DNA of 64,000 nucleotides, taken from an uncultured Rickettsiales bacterium. Lineage in GTDB: Bacteria; Myxococcota_A; UBA796; UBA9615; CAYRNR01. The position numbers and the translations under genes are program-made. Every line of letters begins with the position of its first letter. Position 1 is the stretch's first letter. The stretch covers positions 1,409 to 65,408 of the forward strand of contig CAYTBN010000027.1 of assembly GCA_964436045.1 (NCBI GenBank), written 5' to 3'. Shown one piece after another: positions 1 to 9,911 of this stretch. Under the pieces are notes generated by a model that was given only the letters and a program-made list of their open reading frames with translations, did no database searches and had not been told where the DNA came from.

Positions 1-817
1 GGGCCACGGTGATGGCGTGGACATCCTCGTGCCCCACGTCCAGCCCCTCCTCGATCTCGAAGTGGAAGTCCGACTGGTTGTTGAAGTCCACCAGCAGGTA
101 GCTCCCGTCGGGGTACCACAGGTACTCGGCCTCGTAGAGGTTGCCCGAGGGGTCCTCGTAGTGACGGGCAAGGAAGACGTCATCCGGGGTCTCCACGTTC
201 AGGTAGAGACCGTAGGGCTCGCCGTTGACCGTGACCCAGGCGTACCCGGCGCGCGGGGCGGGGATTCCAAGAGCCGCGAACGCCGCAAAGGCCAGCCGCT
301 CCTTGGCGAAGGAGCAGTCGACGACCATGTTGTTCAGGGTCAGCTTCTCCAGGCCGTGGAGGGTCTGGCCGTCGACGAAGCGGTTGATGTCGATCTTGAA
401 CGCGGCCTTGGCGCTCAGGTCCCGGAACGAACCGATGCGTCCCTTGAGGCGGACGCCCACGTCGTCCACCGGCTCGCCGTCGAACACGATGTCGCCCTGC
501 ACGTAGCCGTAGGGGTCGACCCACAGGGAATCGACGGCGGCCGGCTCCAGCTGGATATCGAGGGTGTGGACCGCGTCGAGGGTGAACATCCAGCCCGCTG
601 GATCGTCGACGCCGCCCACGTGCTCCAGCGGCGGCGAGGCGTCGTCGTCGCCGGAGGTGTCGTCGTCGGAGACGTCGTCGTCGGCCGTGTCGTCATCGGC
701 CGGCTCTCCACCCGTGCCGGGGGTGCTCATCACGCCCACCGGGCTGCAGGCGCAGAGCGTCAGCAGCGGGATGGCCAGCGGGGCGATCGGGAGAAGGGAA
801 GCCGGCTCGGGCAGCAT
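1..817 (-). CDS. CotH kinase family lipoprotein (partial; C-terminus lies beyond window start)
   Basis: Minus-strand frame opens at ATG 815-817 and runs to position 1 without a stop. It has a lipoprotein signal (LLTLCAC lipobox) followed by a poly-Asp linker (PADDDTADDDVSDDDTSGDDD). The CotH-like core (LKGRIGSF...AAFKIDINRF...LTLNNMVVDCSFAKERLAF...VTVNGEPYGLYLNVETPDD) is paralogous to the two plus-strand CotH ORFs downstream. Not in the ORF track because no stop falls in the window. Confidence 0.7.
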   Translation of the reverse strand, partial: MLPEPASLLPIAPLAIPLLTLCACSPVGVMSTPGTGGEPADDDTADDDVSDDDTSGDDDASPPLEHVGGVDDPAGWMFTLDAVHTLDIQLEPAAVDSLWVDPYGYVQGDIVFDGEPVDDVGVRLKGRIGSFRDLSAKAAFKIDINRFVDGQTLHGLEKLTLNNMVVDCSFAKERLAFAAFAALGIPAPRAGYAWVTVNGEPYGLYLNVETPDDVFLARHYEDPSGNLYEAEYLWYPDGSYLLVDFNNQSDFHFEIEEGLDVGHEDVHAITVA

Positions 818-916
818 CCGCTCATTCTACCACCGCGCAACCGCCTACCCCCCATTCGCCCGCATCGGGCGATCCTGGTATCTTCAGGTAGGGTAAGTGG
901 GCTGGAGGCGAGACGA

Positions 917-1507
917 ATGGAAAGCTGGACCCTGTTGCGCGGACTGTTGCCCTGGATCGGCATACTCGCCCTGCTGGGCTGCGACGCCGTGATGGACGAC
1001 GACGACGACGCCACGGGCGATGACGACTCTGCGGGTGATGACGACGACGATGACGACGACGACAGCGCGTCGTTCGCCTGGGAGCTGTGCATCAACGAGT
1101 TCATGGCGGCCAACGCGACCACGATCCAGGACGACACCGGCGTTTTCACGGACTGGATCGAGCTGTACAACATGACCGACGAGGACGTGGATCTGGCCGG
1201 GTTCACGATCACGGACAACCTGGACAATCCGGACAAGCACGTGCTGGCCGCGCCCCTGACCGTGCCGGCCCGGGGGCACCTGCTGCTGTGGGCGGACGGT
1301 CTGCCCGATGTGGGCGCCGAGCACCTGGGGTTCCAGCTGGCCCGCGAGGGCGAGGAGCTGGGCCTCTACGACCCGACTGGAACCGTGCTCAACCACCTGG
1401 AGTACGACGAGCAGGCCACCGACTGGTCGGCGGCGCGGATGCCCGACGGCGAGCTGGATGGCTGGGTCATCGACGCCACGCCCACCCCGGGCCTGTCGAA
1501 CGAATGA
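917..1507 (+). CDS. Lamin-tail-domain (LTD) lipoprotein with poly-Asp linker
   Basis: ATG at 917 is preceded by GGAGG. It has a signal peptide with LLGC lipobox, then a DDDDDATGDDDSAGDDDDDDDDD linker. The LTD-like motif is CINEFMAANATT...DWIELYN...ITDN. Its stop overlaps the next start (ATGA). Confidence 0.7.
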   Translation: MESWTLLRGLLPWIGILALLGCDAVMDDDDDATGDDDSAGDDDDDDDDDSASFAWELCINEFMAANATTIQDDTGVFTDWIELYNMTDEDVDLAGFTITDNLDNPDKHVLAAPLTVPARGHLLLWADGLPDVGAEHLGFQLAREGEELGLYDPTGTVLNHLEYDEQATDWSAARMPDGELDGWVIDATPTPGLSNE

Positions 1508-2781
1508 GCGCGCGCATCCCCGTTGCGGTGACGCTCGGCGGTCTGCTCGCCCTCGCGAGCTGCACCCCGGGCGGCCTGGTGCGGCTGGAGGGCATACCCG
1601 AGGATCCACCCGACGCCCCGCTGGAGCACGTGGGCGGCGCGGACCAGCCGGGCGAGCCTCCGCTGGAGGCCGTGGAGGGCGTCGGCGATCTGAGCGCTCC
1701 CATGTTCGCGGGCGACGAGATCCCGACCTTCCACCTGACCCTGTCGACCGCGGCGATGGAGTCCCTGCACCAGGCCTACCTGGACTGGATCTACTCCGGG
1801 ATCGTGTTCACCGAGTACGTCGAGGGTTCGTTCGAGTACGACGGCGTGGTCTACGAGCCGGTGGGGATCCGGCTCAAGGGGCAGGGGTCGGCGCTGGACG
1901 TGTACGACAAGGCCGCGTTCAAGGTGAAGTTCAACGAGTACACCCCCGGCGCGCGCTTCATGGGCCTCGAGTGCCTGACCCTGAACAACATGTCGGTCGA
2001 CTACAGCATGATGCACGAGCGGCTCGCGTACCGGATCTACCGCGAGGCAGGCGTGCCCGCCTCGCGCTCCGGCCACGCGATGGTGACCGTCAACGGTGAG
2101 CTGTACGGGCTGTACGCCAACGTCGAGACCCCGGACATCCACATGATCGAGCGCTGGTTCGAGCGCACCGACGGCACCCTGTTCGAGGGCTGGGACGTGG
2201 ACTTCACCGCCGAGTACATCCCCTACTTCCAGCTGGAGTTCGGGCCGGACGATCGAGACAACCTGTGGGGGCTGGCCGAGGCGCTGGCGACGCCGGGCCC
2301 GCATGCCCTGGAGGTCGCCGAGGAGTACGTCGACCTGCAGGCCTTCCTGCGCTACTGGGCGGTGGGGGCCGTGGTCGGCCAGTTCGACGCCTACCCCTAC
2401 ACCTGGCCCGGCGACGACTTCCACGTCTACGACGATCCCGAGGCGGGCCAGCTGCGCTTCATCCCCTGGGGCGTGGACGAGACGTTCTACTTTCCGACGA
2501 ACTCGGTGGACTACGTCTACGGAGTGCTGGCCGTCCGCTGCCTGGAGTCGGGCACTTGCCGCCAGGCCTGGGAGGCCGAGGTGTGGGCGGTGCACGACAT
2601 GGCGGTAGCCCTGGACTGGGCCGGCGAGTTCGAGACGATCCAGGCCCAGATCGCACCGCTGGTGGCCCAGGACACCATGAAGCCCTACAGCAACTCCGAT
2701 GTGGCGTACTACCAGGCGGTGATGCAAGGCATGATCGAGACCCGCGCGACGGATCTGATCACCCTGATCGGGCCACCGTGA
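1504..2781 (+). CDS. CotH kinase family lipoprotein
   Basis: ATG 1504 overlaps the upstream stop. Lipobox is LALASC. CotH-like motifs include IRLKGQGS, AAFKVKFNEY, LTLNNMSVDYSMMHERLAY, VTVNGELYGLYANVETPD and FIPWGVDETF. Confidence 0.8.
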   Translation: MSARIPVAVTLGGLLALASCTPGGLVRLEGIPEDPPDAPLEHVGGADQPGEPPLEAVEGVGDLSAPMFAGDEIPTFHLTLSTAAMESLHQAYLDWIYSGIVFTEYVEGSFEYDGVVYEPVGIRLKGQGSALDVYDKAAFKVKFNEYTPGARFMGLECLTLNNMSVDYSMMHERLAYRIYREAGVPASRSGHAMVTVNGELYGLYANVETPDIHMIERWFERTDGTLFEGWDVDFTAEYIPYFQLEFGPDDRDNLWGLAEALATPGPHALEVAEEYVDLQAFLRYWAVGAVVGQFDAYPYTWPGDDFHVYDDPEAGQLRFIPWGVDETFYFPTNSVDYVYGVLAVRCLESGTCRQAWEAEVWAVHDMAVALDWAGEFETIQAQIAPLVAQDTMKPYSNSDVAYYQAVMQGMIETRATDLITLIGPP

Positions 2782-4421
2782 CGCCAGCCGTGTCGCGCTT
2801 CGCTTCCCCCCTCCGTTCGCCGATCTGGACCGCCTGCCTGCTGGGTCTGACGAGTTGCATGGGCCCGGGGGGGATCGTGCTGATGCCCGGATCGGGGGCG
2901 GGGGAGCCGCCGCTGGAACAGGTGGGCCCCGCGGCGGTGTCGTCCTGCGATCCGGAGGCCGTGGTCGATCAGCCCTTCCTGACCGAGGGGGACGAGGTCC
3001 AGCTGTCGTTCCACTGCGCATCCGGCGAGCCGGCCGATGCGTTCGAGGCCGACCTGATCAGCTCCGCCGACGGCGCGGAGCTGGACCCGCTGACGTGGTC
3101 CGTGAGCTGGTCGACGGGGTTCGCGGACGGAGGACGCCACGAGTTCCTGCTGTCCGTGCGGCCCGCCGCGGCGGCGGGCGTGGGCCACGACGCCGTACCC
3201 GAGACCGCGGTGGGCACGGTCTGGGTCGCCGACGCCCTCGGCCACCCGGCGAACGAGCCGGTGGTGCCGTCGCTCTACACCGAGGAGTGGGGGCTACCGG
3301 TGCTTCACCTGTTCCCGGGCGGTGAGCTGACCCAGGAACACGTGCCCACCATCATCACGTTCATGGGGCGGACCTACGACGCCGAGATGAAGATCCGCGG
3401 CGCAGCCAGCGTGTACTACCCCAAGAACAGCTACACCCTGCGCTTCGGTGACGAGGATCTGGACACCGGCGAGCTGGGACTCGGCACCAAGGACCACCTG
3501 GTCCTGATCACCAGCTTCGACGACAACAGCTACGTGCGCCAGAAGCTGGCCTACGACCTGTGGGCGGCCATTGCCGATCACTGGCAGCGCGACCGGCTGA
3601 CGCCGCGGACGTTCTTTGCGGTGGTCTATCTGAACGGCGAGTACTGGGGCCTGTTCACCGCCTGCGACCGCATCGACGACCACTTCGCCGAGGAGATGGG
3701 GCTCAGCCGCGAGGGCAACCTCTACAAGGCGATCAACCACGACGCCAACTTCTACAGCACCGGCTACTCGGGCTGGCCCAAGGAGACCCTGCACCAGGGG
3801 TACACCAAGGAGGAGGGGGAGCCGGCGGACGGCGAACCCGGGGCCTTCGACGACCTGGACGAGCTCGTGGCGTGGGCGTCGACCGCCAGCCAGTCCGACT
3901 TCATCGACCAGATGGAGGGCTGGTTCCGGGTGGACGAGTTCATGGACTGGCTGCTGTTCGTCCACTACACGGCGTCCGGCGACTCCGGTGGCAAGAACGC
4001 CTACCTGTACAACGACCTCGAGGCACCGGAGTTCCGCTACGCCCCCTGGGACTTCAACCACTCCTTCGGCCAGGGGTGGACCACCTACCGCATCGAACCC
4101 TACACGTACGACGACTTCACCTGGACCAACGGCATCTTCGCCCACTTCCAGGCCCACCCGGAGACGAGCGACGAGCTGTGGACGCGCTTCGACGAGCTGT
4201 GCGAATCCGGCCCCCTGCACGCGGACTGGTTCACCTCGCGGCTCGACGAGTACTACGCCCGGATCCATCCCTCGGCGCAGCGCGACTGGTCGGTGTGGGG
4301 GGCGTCCTACCTGAGCTACTGGGCAGCCTACAACGACCTGACCTACCCCGAGGAGCGCGCCTACCTCTACGACTGGCTGGCCGAGCGCGACTCCTGGGCC
4401 TGGGCCGATCACCCCCAGTGA
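2778..4421 (+). CDS. CotH kinase family lipoprotein (longer paralog)
   Basis: GTG 2778 overlaps the upstream stop (GTGA). Lipobox is LLGLTSC. The CotH-like core includes KIRGAASVYYPKNSYTLRF, VYLNGEYWGLF, NLYKAINHDANF and APWDFNHSFGQ. Confidence 0.8.
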   Translation: MTPAVSRFASPLRSPIWTACLLGLTSCMGPGGIVLMPGSGAGEPPLEQVGPAAVSSCDPEAVVDQPFLTEGDEVQLSFHCASGEPADAFEADLISSADGAELDPLTWSVSWSTGFADGGRHEFLLSVRPAAAAGVGHDAVPETAVGTVWVADALGHPANEPVVPSLYTEEWGLPVLHLFPGGELTQEHVPTIITFMGRTYDAEMKIRGAASVYYPKNSYTLRFGDEDLDTGELGLGTKDHLVLITSFDDNSYVRQKLAYDLWAAIADHWQRDRLTPRTFFAVVYLNGEYWGLFTACDRIDDHFAEEMGLSREGNLYKAINHDANFYSTGYSGWPKETLHQGYTKEEGEPADGEPGAFDDLDELVAWASTASQSDFIDQMEGWFRVDEFMDWLLFVHYTASGDSGGKNAYLYNDLEAPEFRYAPWDFNHSFGQGWTTYRIEPYTYDDFTWTNGIFAHFQAHPETSDELWTRFDELCESGPLHADWFTSRLDEYYARIHPSAQRDWSVWGASYLSYWAAYNDLTYPEERAYLYDWLAERDSWAWADHPQ

Positions 4422-4461
4422 TCGGTTGCGCTCCGGGTACCGCTATGGGTAGACCCATGGG

Positions 4462-4926
4462 ATGACCGACCCACCCGCCGACATCCTCGAGATCGTGAAT
4501 TCCCGGCTCAGCGGCTTCAACGAGACCCTCGGCCTGCGCTTCACCCGCGCCACCCCCGAGGAATACGCCGCCGAGCTCACCGTCGACGAGCGTCACCTCC
4601 AGCCCTACGGCCTGGTCCACGGCGGTGTCTACGCGTCGATGGTCGAGACCGTCTGCAGTGTGGGCGCTGCGGTCGGCGTGTTCTTCGAGGGCAAGACCGC
4701 GGTCGGCCTGGACAACAGCACGTCGTTCCTGCACGCCGTCCGCGACGGCAAGCTGCGCTGCAGCGCCTCGCCCATCTACCAGGGCCGGCGCACCCAGGTC
4801 TGGGAGGCCCAGATCCACGACGACCGCGACCGGCTGGCCGCCACCGGGCGAGTGCGGCTGCTGGTGCTCGAGTCCGGGGCCAAGGCGGATGGTGAGCGGG
4901 TGGTGCTGATGGGAAAAAAAGACTGA
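4462..4926 (+). CDS. PaaI-family hotdog-fold thioesterase
   Basis: 154 aa. Motifs LQPYGLVHGGVYASMVETV...G and the overall architecture are typical of the PaaI/YbgC 4HBT family. Confidence 0.75.
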   Translation: MTDPPADILEIVNSRLSGFNETLGLRFTRATPEEYAAELTVDERHLQPYGLVHGGVYASMVETVCSVGAAVGVFFEGKTAVGLDNSTSFLHAVRDGKLRCSASPIYQGRRTQVWEAQIHDDRDRLAATGRVRLLVLESGAKADGERVVLMGKKD

Positions 4927-4933
4927 TCCCAGG

Positions 4934-5800
4934 CTACGGAAACTCCACCGGGAAATCCTGCGCTTCCACCCCCAGGTGGACCGTCATCGGCGTGGTCGTC
5001 TCGCCGACCAGGTGGTGCCAGGCGTGGAGGGTGTAGCTGCCGTCCGGGACGCCGCTGAAGTAGTACTTCCCCTCCCAGTCGGTGGTGCCGCAGTAGCCGT
5101 GCTCGCACACCAGCACGAAGGCGATCTCCCAGGGGCGGAGCATGGACTGGATGCGGACGAGGCCGGGCTGGTCGAGGGTCAGCGTGTGGGTGGTGGCCAT
5201 GTAGGTGACGGTGCTCATCTCGTCCAGGGAGACGTGATCGAGCACGGTCTGTTGCCCCTGGTCCAGCAGCGTCACCCGCAGGACCTCGGGGGTGTACAGG
5301 TAGTTCTCGATGGTCAGGGTGGTGCCGATGCCAGCGATGGACACATGGGGCCACAAGGAGCAGCCGCCGTTGGACAGGGAGACCGCGGTCGGGTAGCCGG
5401 CCATGCCCGCGGACACGCCCTCGAGCCAGACCAGGGTGTCCGGGAGGCCCGACATGCCGCCCCCGGAGGTGTAGGGATAGATCGAGTCGCCGCAGACCAT
5501 CCGGTCGCGGAACACGCGGACCTCGGGCGAGACCACGTTCTCGGTCGTGCTGACCACCGCCGTGAAGGAACGGGAGGGGGATGGGTAGGCGTCCGTGAAT
5601 CCGCCCGGGACCGCGATGCCGCTGGGCACCCGGACCGGAGGCGGCGCGAAGCCGGAGGACAGGTGCAGGGTCGAGTGCGCCATCTCGCCCGCGCGGCGAT
5701 CCAGGTCCACCAGGATCCAGATCGCCATGCCCAGCCCGAGGACGGCGAGCAGGATTCGCAGGACGGTACGCAGGGGGCTTCGTTTTTTGTCCGCGCCCAC
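4934..5800 (-). CDS. Membrane-anchored hypothetical protein with carboxypeptidase-regulatory-like C-terminal domain
   Basis: It has an N-terminal TM segment (LRILLAVLGLGMAIWILV). The C-terminus reads YYFSGVPDGSYTLHAWHH, like a CarboxypepD_reg/Cna-B fold. Its start overlaps the upstream UbiB stop. Confidence 0.5.
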   Translation of the reverse strand: MGADKKRSPLRTVLRILLAVLGLGMAIWILVDLDRRAGEMAHSTLHLSSGFAPPPVRVPSGIAVPGGFTDAYPSPSRSFTAVVSTTENVVSPEVRVFRDRMVCGDSIYPYTSGGGMSGLPDTLVWLEGVSAGMAGYPTAVSLSNGGCSLWPHVSIAGIGTTLTIENYLYTPEVLRVTLLDQGQQTVLDHVSLDEMSTVTYMATTHTLTLDQPGLVRIQSMLRPWEIAFVLVCEHGYCGTTDWEGKYYFSGVPDGSYTLHAWHHLVGETTTPMTVHLGVEAQDFPVEFP

Positions 5801-5801
5801 G

Positions 5802-7613
5802 TCAGACCCGCCCGGAGCGCCAGATACCCCACAGCAGGATGCACCATGTGGAGAATGCCAGCCCGAAGCCGAAGATCGAGAGCAACGGGATGTTCCAGAT
5901 GCGCAGGCTCTGGTCCAGCAGGGCCACCGAGGAACCCAGGACCAGGCCGACCACCACCAGCGCCAGGATGATCCGGTTGACCGATCGTTCGCGCAGATCC
6001 AGCTCCTCGCGCGGGGTCTCGATGATCACCGGCACCTTCATCCGGCCGGCCTGGTAGTCGTCCATCGCCTGGTTGACCAGCACGGGCAGCCGGTCCATCA
6101 CGGTGGTGAACGAAGCGAACATCCCCAGCAGATCGCGGCGCACGCGCTCGGGGGCAAACCGGCGCGCCGCGAGCTGCTGGATGTACGGTGTCATCTCCTC
6201 GACCGGGTTCAGCTCGTGCAGGAGGGTCTTGGCCAGCCCCTCGGTGGTCACCAGCGCCTTCATCAGCATCGTGAACCCGGATGCCATCCGGATCCGGTAG
6301 CGGATGCAGCCGGCGGCCAGCTCGCGCAGGAAGCCGCCGAGCTGGATGTCCTGCATCGACTTGCCGACGAAGTAGCGGTCCATCACCTCGAGCACGTCGT
6401 TCTCGAAGGCCACGTAGTTGACGGGCACCTCCTTGATCCCGATCGCGTAGAAGATCCGCGCGATGGTGCGGAAGTCCCGCCGCTGCAGGGCGAAGATGAT
6501 GGCCACGATCTGGTCGATCATCTCCTCGGACAGCCGGCCGATCATGCCGAAGTCCAGCAGCCCCAGGCCGCCCTCCTTCATCACCAGCACGTTGCCCGGG
6601 TGCAGGTCGCCGTGGAAGAACCCGTCGGCGAACAGCATCTTGAACGCCGACTGCAGGTAGGCCCGGCCGACCACGTCCATGTCGTAGCCCGCGGCGCGGG
6701 CGTCGCGGATCGGGATGCCGCCCAGCCGCTCCATGGTCAGCACGCCGGCCTCGGTCAGATCGTCGACCACCTCGGGGATGTGGATGTCCGGCTCGTCGAC
6801 GAAGTTGTCCCGGATCCGCCGCAGGTTGCCCGCCTCGATGGTGAAGTCGGTCTCGGCCCGCACCGACTTGTCGATCTCGCTGAGGATGCCCGGCAGGTCG
6901 ACCATCCGCGCTTCGGGGAACTGGGACTCCACGGAGCGGGCCAGGAAGGCCAGGATCGAGATGTCGGTGGTGATGCGCTTACGCACACCCGGCCGCCGCA
7001 CCTTGATCACCACCTGGCTGCCGTCGTGGAGCTCGGCGGCGTGGACCTGGGCGATGGAGGCGCTGGCCAGGGGCTCGGGCTCCACGCTGCGGTAGAGTTC
7101 GCTGCTGGGCTTGCCGAGGGAGTCGGAGATGCCCTTCTCGATCACCTCCAGCGGCAACGGATCCACCTGGTCCTGCAGGGAGGAGAACTCCTGGCACCAG
7201 TCGTCCGGGATCAGGTCGGGGCGCGTCGAGAGGATCTGGCCAATCTTGACGAAGGTCGGTCCCAGCTCCACCAGGGTGGAGCGGGCCCGGGCCTTCATCG
7301 GCAGGTTGGCTACCTCCTCGTCGTCCTCCTTGCGCTTCCACAGCCCGAAGGTGGACAGCACCGAGGTCACCAGGTCGGCGGCGCTGCCGAAGAACAACAC
7401 CACCGAGCGGCGGGCGCGGGCGAAGAAGCCTTCGGGTCCCGTGTCCACGAGCCCGGCCTGGTAGGCGATGGCGCCGGAGAGCATCACGTGGCCGACCAGG
7501 TGGCCGAACCCGTGCTTGACAAGCACCTGGATGATCTCGCGCAGCCGGTTGATGTCGACCAGCGCGCGGCGGAGGCCGCGGGTGGTGCGCAGAACCTGGC
7601 GGAAGAGACCCAT
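5802..7613 (-). CDS. ABC1/UbiB-family atypical kinase
   Basis: [24 protein letters not shown] and [10 protein letters not shown] motifs are present. Two C-terminal TM helices are present. The start was chosen at MGLFRQV (7613); the track ORF extends to 7709. Confidence 0.85.
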   Translation of the reverse strand: MGLFRQVLRTTRGLRRALVDINRLREIIQVLVKHGFGHLVGHVMLSGAIAYQAGLVDTGPEGFFARARRSVVLFFGSAADLVTSVLSTFGLWKRKEDDEEVANLPMKARARSTLVELGPTFVKIGQILSTRPDLIPDDWCQEFSSLQDQVDPLPLEVIEKGISDSLGKPSSELYRSVEPEPLASASIAQVHAAELHDGSQVVIKVRRPGVRKRITTDISILAFLARSVESQFPEARMVDLPGILSEIDKSVRAETDFTIEAGNLRRIRDNFVDEPDIHIPEVVDDLTEAGVLTMERLGGIPIRDARAAGYDMDVVGRAYLQSAFKMLFADGFFHGDLHPGNVLVMKEGGLGLLDFGMIGRLSEEMIDQIVAIIFALQRRDFRTIARIFYAIGIKEVPVNYVAFENDVLEVMDRYFVGKSMQDIQLGGFLRELAAGCIRYRIRMASGFTMLMKALVTTEGLAKTLLHELNPVEEMTPYIQQLAARRFAPERVRRDLLGMFASFTTVMDRLPVLVNQAMDDYQAGRMKVPVIIETPREELDLRERSVNRIILALVVVGLVLGSSVALLDQSLRIWNIPLLSIFGFGLAFSTWCILLWGIWRSGRV

Positions 7614-7757
7614 GGGCGGGAGTCTACCGCAATCGGGGTTTCGGCTGCCCGCGGCGGTCCATCCCCCTCGACACCGCGGTAGGGTTCCCGCTCCAGCCGG
7701 CCGTGGCATTCGTCCCGATCGTCCGGCACCAGCGCCACCCGCGGATGGGGTCCGGGG

Positions 7758-9761
7758 TCACTTCAGGTGCTCGTCGAACCAGCGGATCATGTGCCGCAGC
7801 CGCTCCCGACGATGGACCGGCGTGCCGCTGCGCGACAGCCCGTGTCCCTCGCCGGGGAAGACCACCAGCTCGGCCTCGACCCCGTGCACGATCAAGGCGG
7901 TGAACAGCTGCTCGGCCTGGTTCAGGGGCACCCGGACGTCGTTCTCGCTGTGGACCAGCATCGTCGGAGTCTTGATCTGCGGCGCGTAGGTCAGCGGCGA
8001 CCAGCGGGCATAACCGTCGGGGTTGGACCAGGGAGTGCCCTCCAGGTCCCACTCGGCGAAGAACTGCTCGTCGCTGGTGCCGTACTCGCTGACCTGCTCG
8101 GTCACGGCCCGGGCCAGAACCGCCGCGCCGAAGCGGTCGGTCTGGCCGATGGCGTAACCGGCCAGGAAGCCTCCGTAGCTGCCGCCCGTGATGCCCAGCC
8201 GGGCCGGGTCGCCCAGGTGGTTGTCCACGGCCCAGTCGACCGCGGCGACCAGATCCTGGTAGGGCGCGCCGCCCCAGTCGCCGCGGATGGCATCGACGAA
8301 CGCCTGGCCGTATCCCAGCGAGCCGGTGAAGTTGACCGCCAGCACCGCGTAGCCCGCACCGGCCAGGGCCTGGATCTCCGGGTCCCACCGCTCGCCGAAG
8401 CACCACTGCGGTCCGCCGTGGAGAGTCACCACCAGCGGTGGCGGCCGCACCTTGGACGTCCAGGCCGGCGGGTAGTACCAGACCTGGATCCGGGCCCCCG
8501 ACGGACTCTCCACCCATGCCCGGCGTGGTGTCGCCCGCCGGACGTCGTCCTCGAAACCCGCGTTGTGCCCGGTGAGGAACCGCTTGCCCGCGGGATCATC
8601 CCAGGCCAGCGGCACCAGCTCACCGCCCAGCTCCAGCTGCCAGAGCTCGGAGGGGCGATCGGCGGCCGTGGCCAGGCCGACGGTGGTGCCGCCGGACGTG
8701 TGGAAGCCCCAGAGCCAGCCCGCACCCGTGGTCAGGGGGGTCATCTGCCCGGGGTGGGCGGGATCGATCTGACCCAGCTGCCAGGTTCCTTCGTGGTCGA
8801 CCAACAGGATCAGGGTTCCGTCGTCGGCCACCTGATAGCGGAAGACGTGGTGGTCCAGGTTGTCGGTGACCTCGGTGGGCTCGCCCCCGCCCGCCGGCCA
8901 GGCCAGCACCCGCCGCCGGCCACTCTCGTAGCCGGCCTCGAGGATCGAGCGGGTGTAGACCACCGCGCCGTCGGGGGACCAGGCCGGGTAGTGGTCCGGG
9001 CCGCCGTTGTCGGTCAGCAACCGGGCCGCGCCCCCAGTCGCCGGCAACAGCCAGACCCCGGTGTCGATGGAAAAATCGCCCTCGTGCTCGGGCTCGCGGA
9101 CCACGGCCACGGTCCCGCCGTCGGGGCTGACCGCAAACTCGCCGTGCTCGTGGTCCCCGTGGGACAGCCGCCGCCCCTCCCCCCCCGCGGCGGGCACCCG
9201 GTAGAGGTGGGCGAAGCGTCCCTGTTCGCGGAAGGCGCCCTTGCGGTACAGCAGGTCCCGGTGGACCGCCACGTCGTCGCCGGCCAGCACGTCGGCCTCG
9301 GCAGCGGGCTCGCCCCGGCTCAGGTAGAGCAACCCACTGCCGTCGGGCAGCCACACCGGGTGCCAGACACCACCCGGCTGGTCGGTCACCTGCCGCGGCT
9401 CGCCGACCATGCCGTCGAAGCACCAGATCTGCATGCCCCCCGAGCGGTTCGACAGGAACGCCAGCGAGGTGCCGTCGGGGGACCAGCGGGGGGCCTGGTC
9501 GCGGCTGGCCGACGTGGTCAGCTGGACCGGACCGGGCGAATCCGGAGCCGTGGACACGTACCAGAGGTCCCGCTGTATCTCGTTGGCCTCCAGCGAGCAG
9601 CTCCGCAGCACGTAACTGACGGCGGTGCCGTCGGGGGAGACCCTGGCCTCCTCGATGGACGCCGGGCCACAGACGTGGTCCGGACGGAACGCGTCCGCCG
9701 CGGCGGGGGTCCAAAGAAGGACTGCGCCCAGCAGGAGCGGAACGATCAGCAACGCGCGCAT
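7758..9761 (-). CDS. S9-family serine peptidase (prolyl oligopeptidase/acylaminoacyl-peptidase-like), secreted
   Basis: Signal peptide is MRALLIVPLLLGAVLLW. It has beta-propeller repeats (SPDG...). The C-terminal alpha/beta hydrolase carries GGSYGG (Ser) and His/Asp residues. Confidence 0.85.
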   Translation of the reverse strand: MRALLIVPLLLGAVLLWTPAAADAFRPDHVCGPASIEEARVSPDGTAVSYVLRSCSLEANEIQRDLWYVSTAPDSPGPVQLTTSASRDQAPRWSPDGTSLAFLSNRSGGMQIWCFDGMVGEPRQVTDQPGGVWHPVWLPDGSGLLYLSRGEPAAEADVLAGDDVAVHRDLLYRKGAFREQGRFAHLYRVPAAGGEGRRLSHGDHEHGEFAVSPDGGTVAVVREPEHEGDFSIDTGVWLLPATGGAARLLTDNGGPDHYPAWSPDGAVVYTRSILEAGYESGRRRVLAWPAGGGEPTEVTDNLDHHVFRYQVADDGTLILLVDHEGTWQLGQIDPAHPGQMTPLTTGAGWLWGFHTSGGTTVGLATAADRPSELWQLELGGELVPLAWDDPAGKRFLTGHNAGFEDDVRRATPRRAWVESPSGARIQVWYYPPAWTSKVRPPPLVVTLHGGPQWCFGERWDPEIQALAGAGYAVLAVNFTGSLGYGQAFVDAIRGDWGGAPYQDLVAAVDWAVDNHLGDPARLGITGGSYGGFLAGYAIGQTDRFGAAVLARAVTEQVSEYGTSDEQFFAEWDLEGTPWSNPDGYARWSPLTYAPQIKTPTMLVHSENDVRVPLNQAEQLFTALIVHGVEAELVVFPGEGHGLSRSGTPVHRRERLRHMIRWFDEHLK

Positions 9762-9911
9762 GCGAACCTCCGACCGGCGACCACACGAGGGCACCTGGCG
9801 GTCACGCCCATGCTACCGCGGGCCCGACGCAAACCCGAACAGGGCGGGCGGGTTTGACCATCGGCCCGCCGATGACCATAGTGTTCCGGCACAGGGAAGG
9901 AAGACGCCAAC

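Noticed and set aside
760-1236. 158-aa minus-strand ORF overlapping the LTD gene
   Set aside because: It is antisense to the LTD gene, Ser-rich low-complexity, and out of frame with the real minus-strand CotH ORF, whose first ATG is at 815-817.
17-1507. Track ORF 17..1507 (+) as one 496-aa protein
   Set aside because: Only the last third (from ATG 917 with RBS and signal peptide) looks like a real protein. The first ~800 nt are antisense to the partial CotH gene on the minus strand.
5595-7682. 695-aa plus-strand ORF antisense to the UbiB-family kinase gene; likewise 7767..9857 (+), 11598..13637 (-), 13682..15490 (-), 35562..37130 (+), 47328..49727 (+), 49754..51061 (+) and many shorter ones
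   Set aside because: These are mirror-frame artefacts typical of high-GC DNA. They are rich in R/G/V/D/H/L, have no domain signatures and lack GC3 bias. Each fully overlaps a well-supported gene on the other strand.
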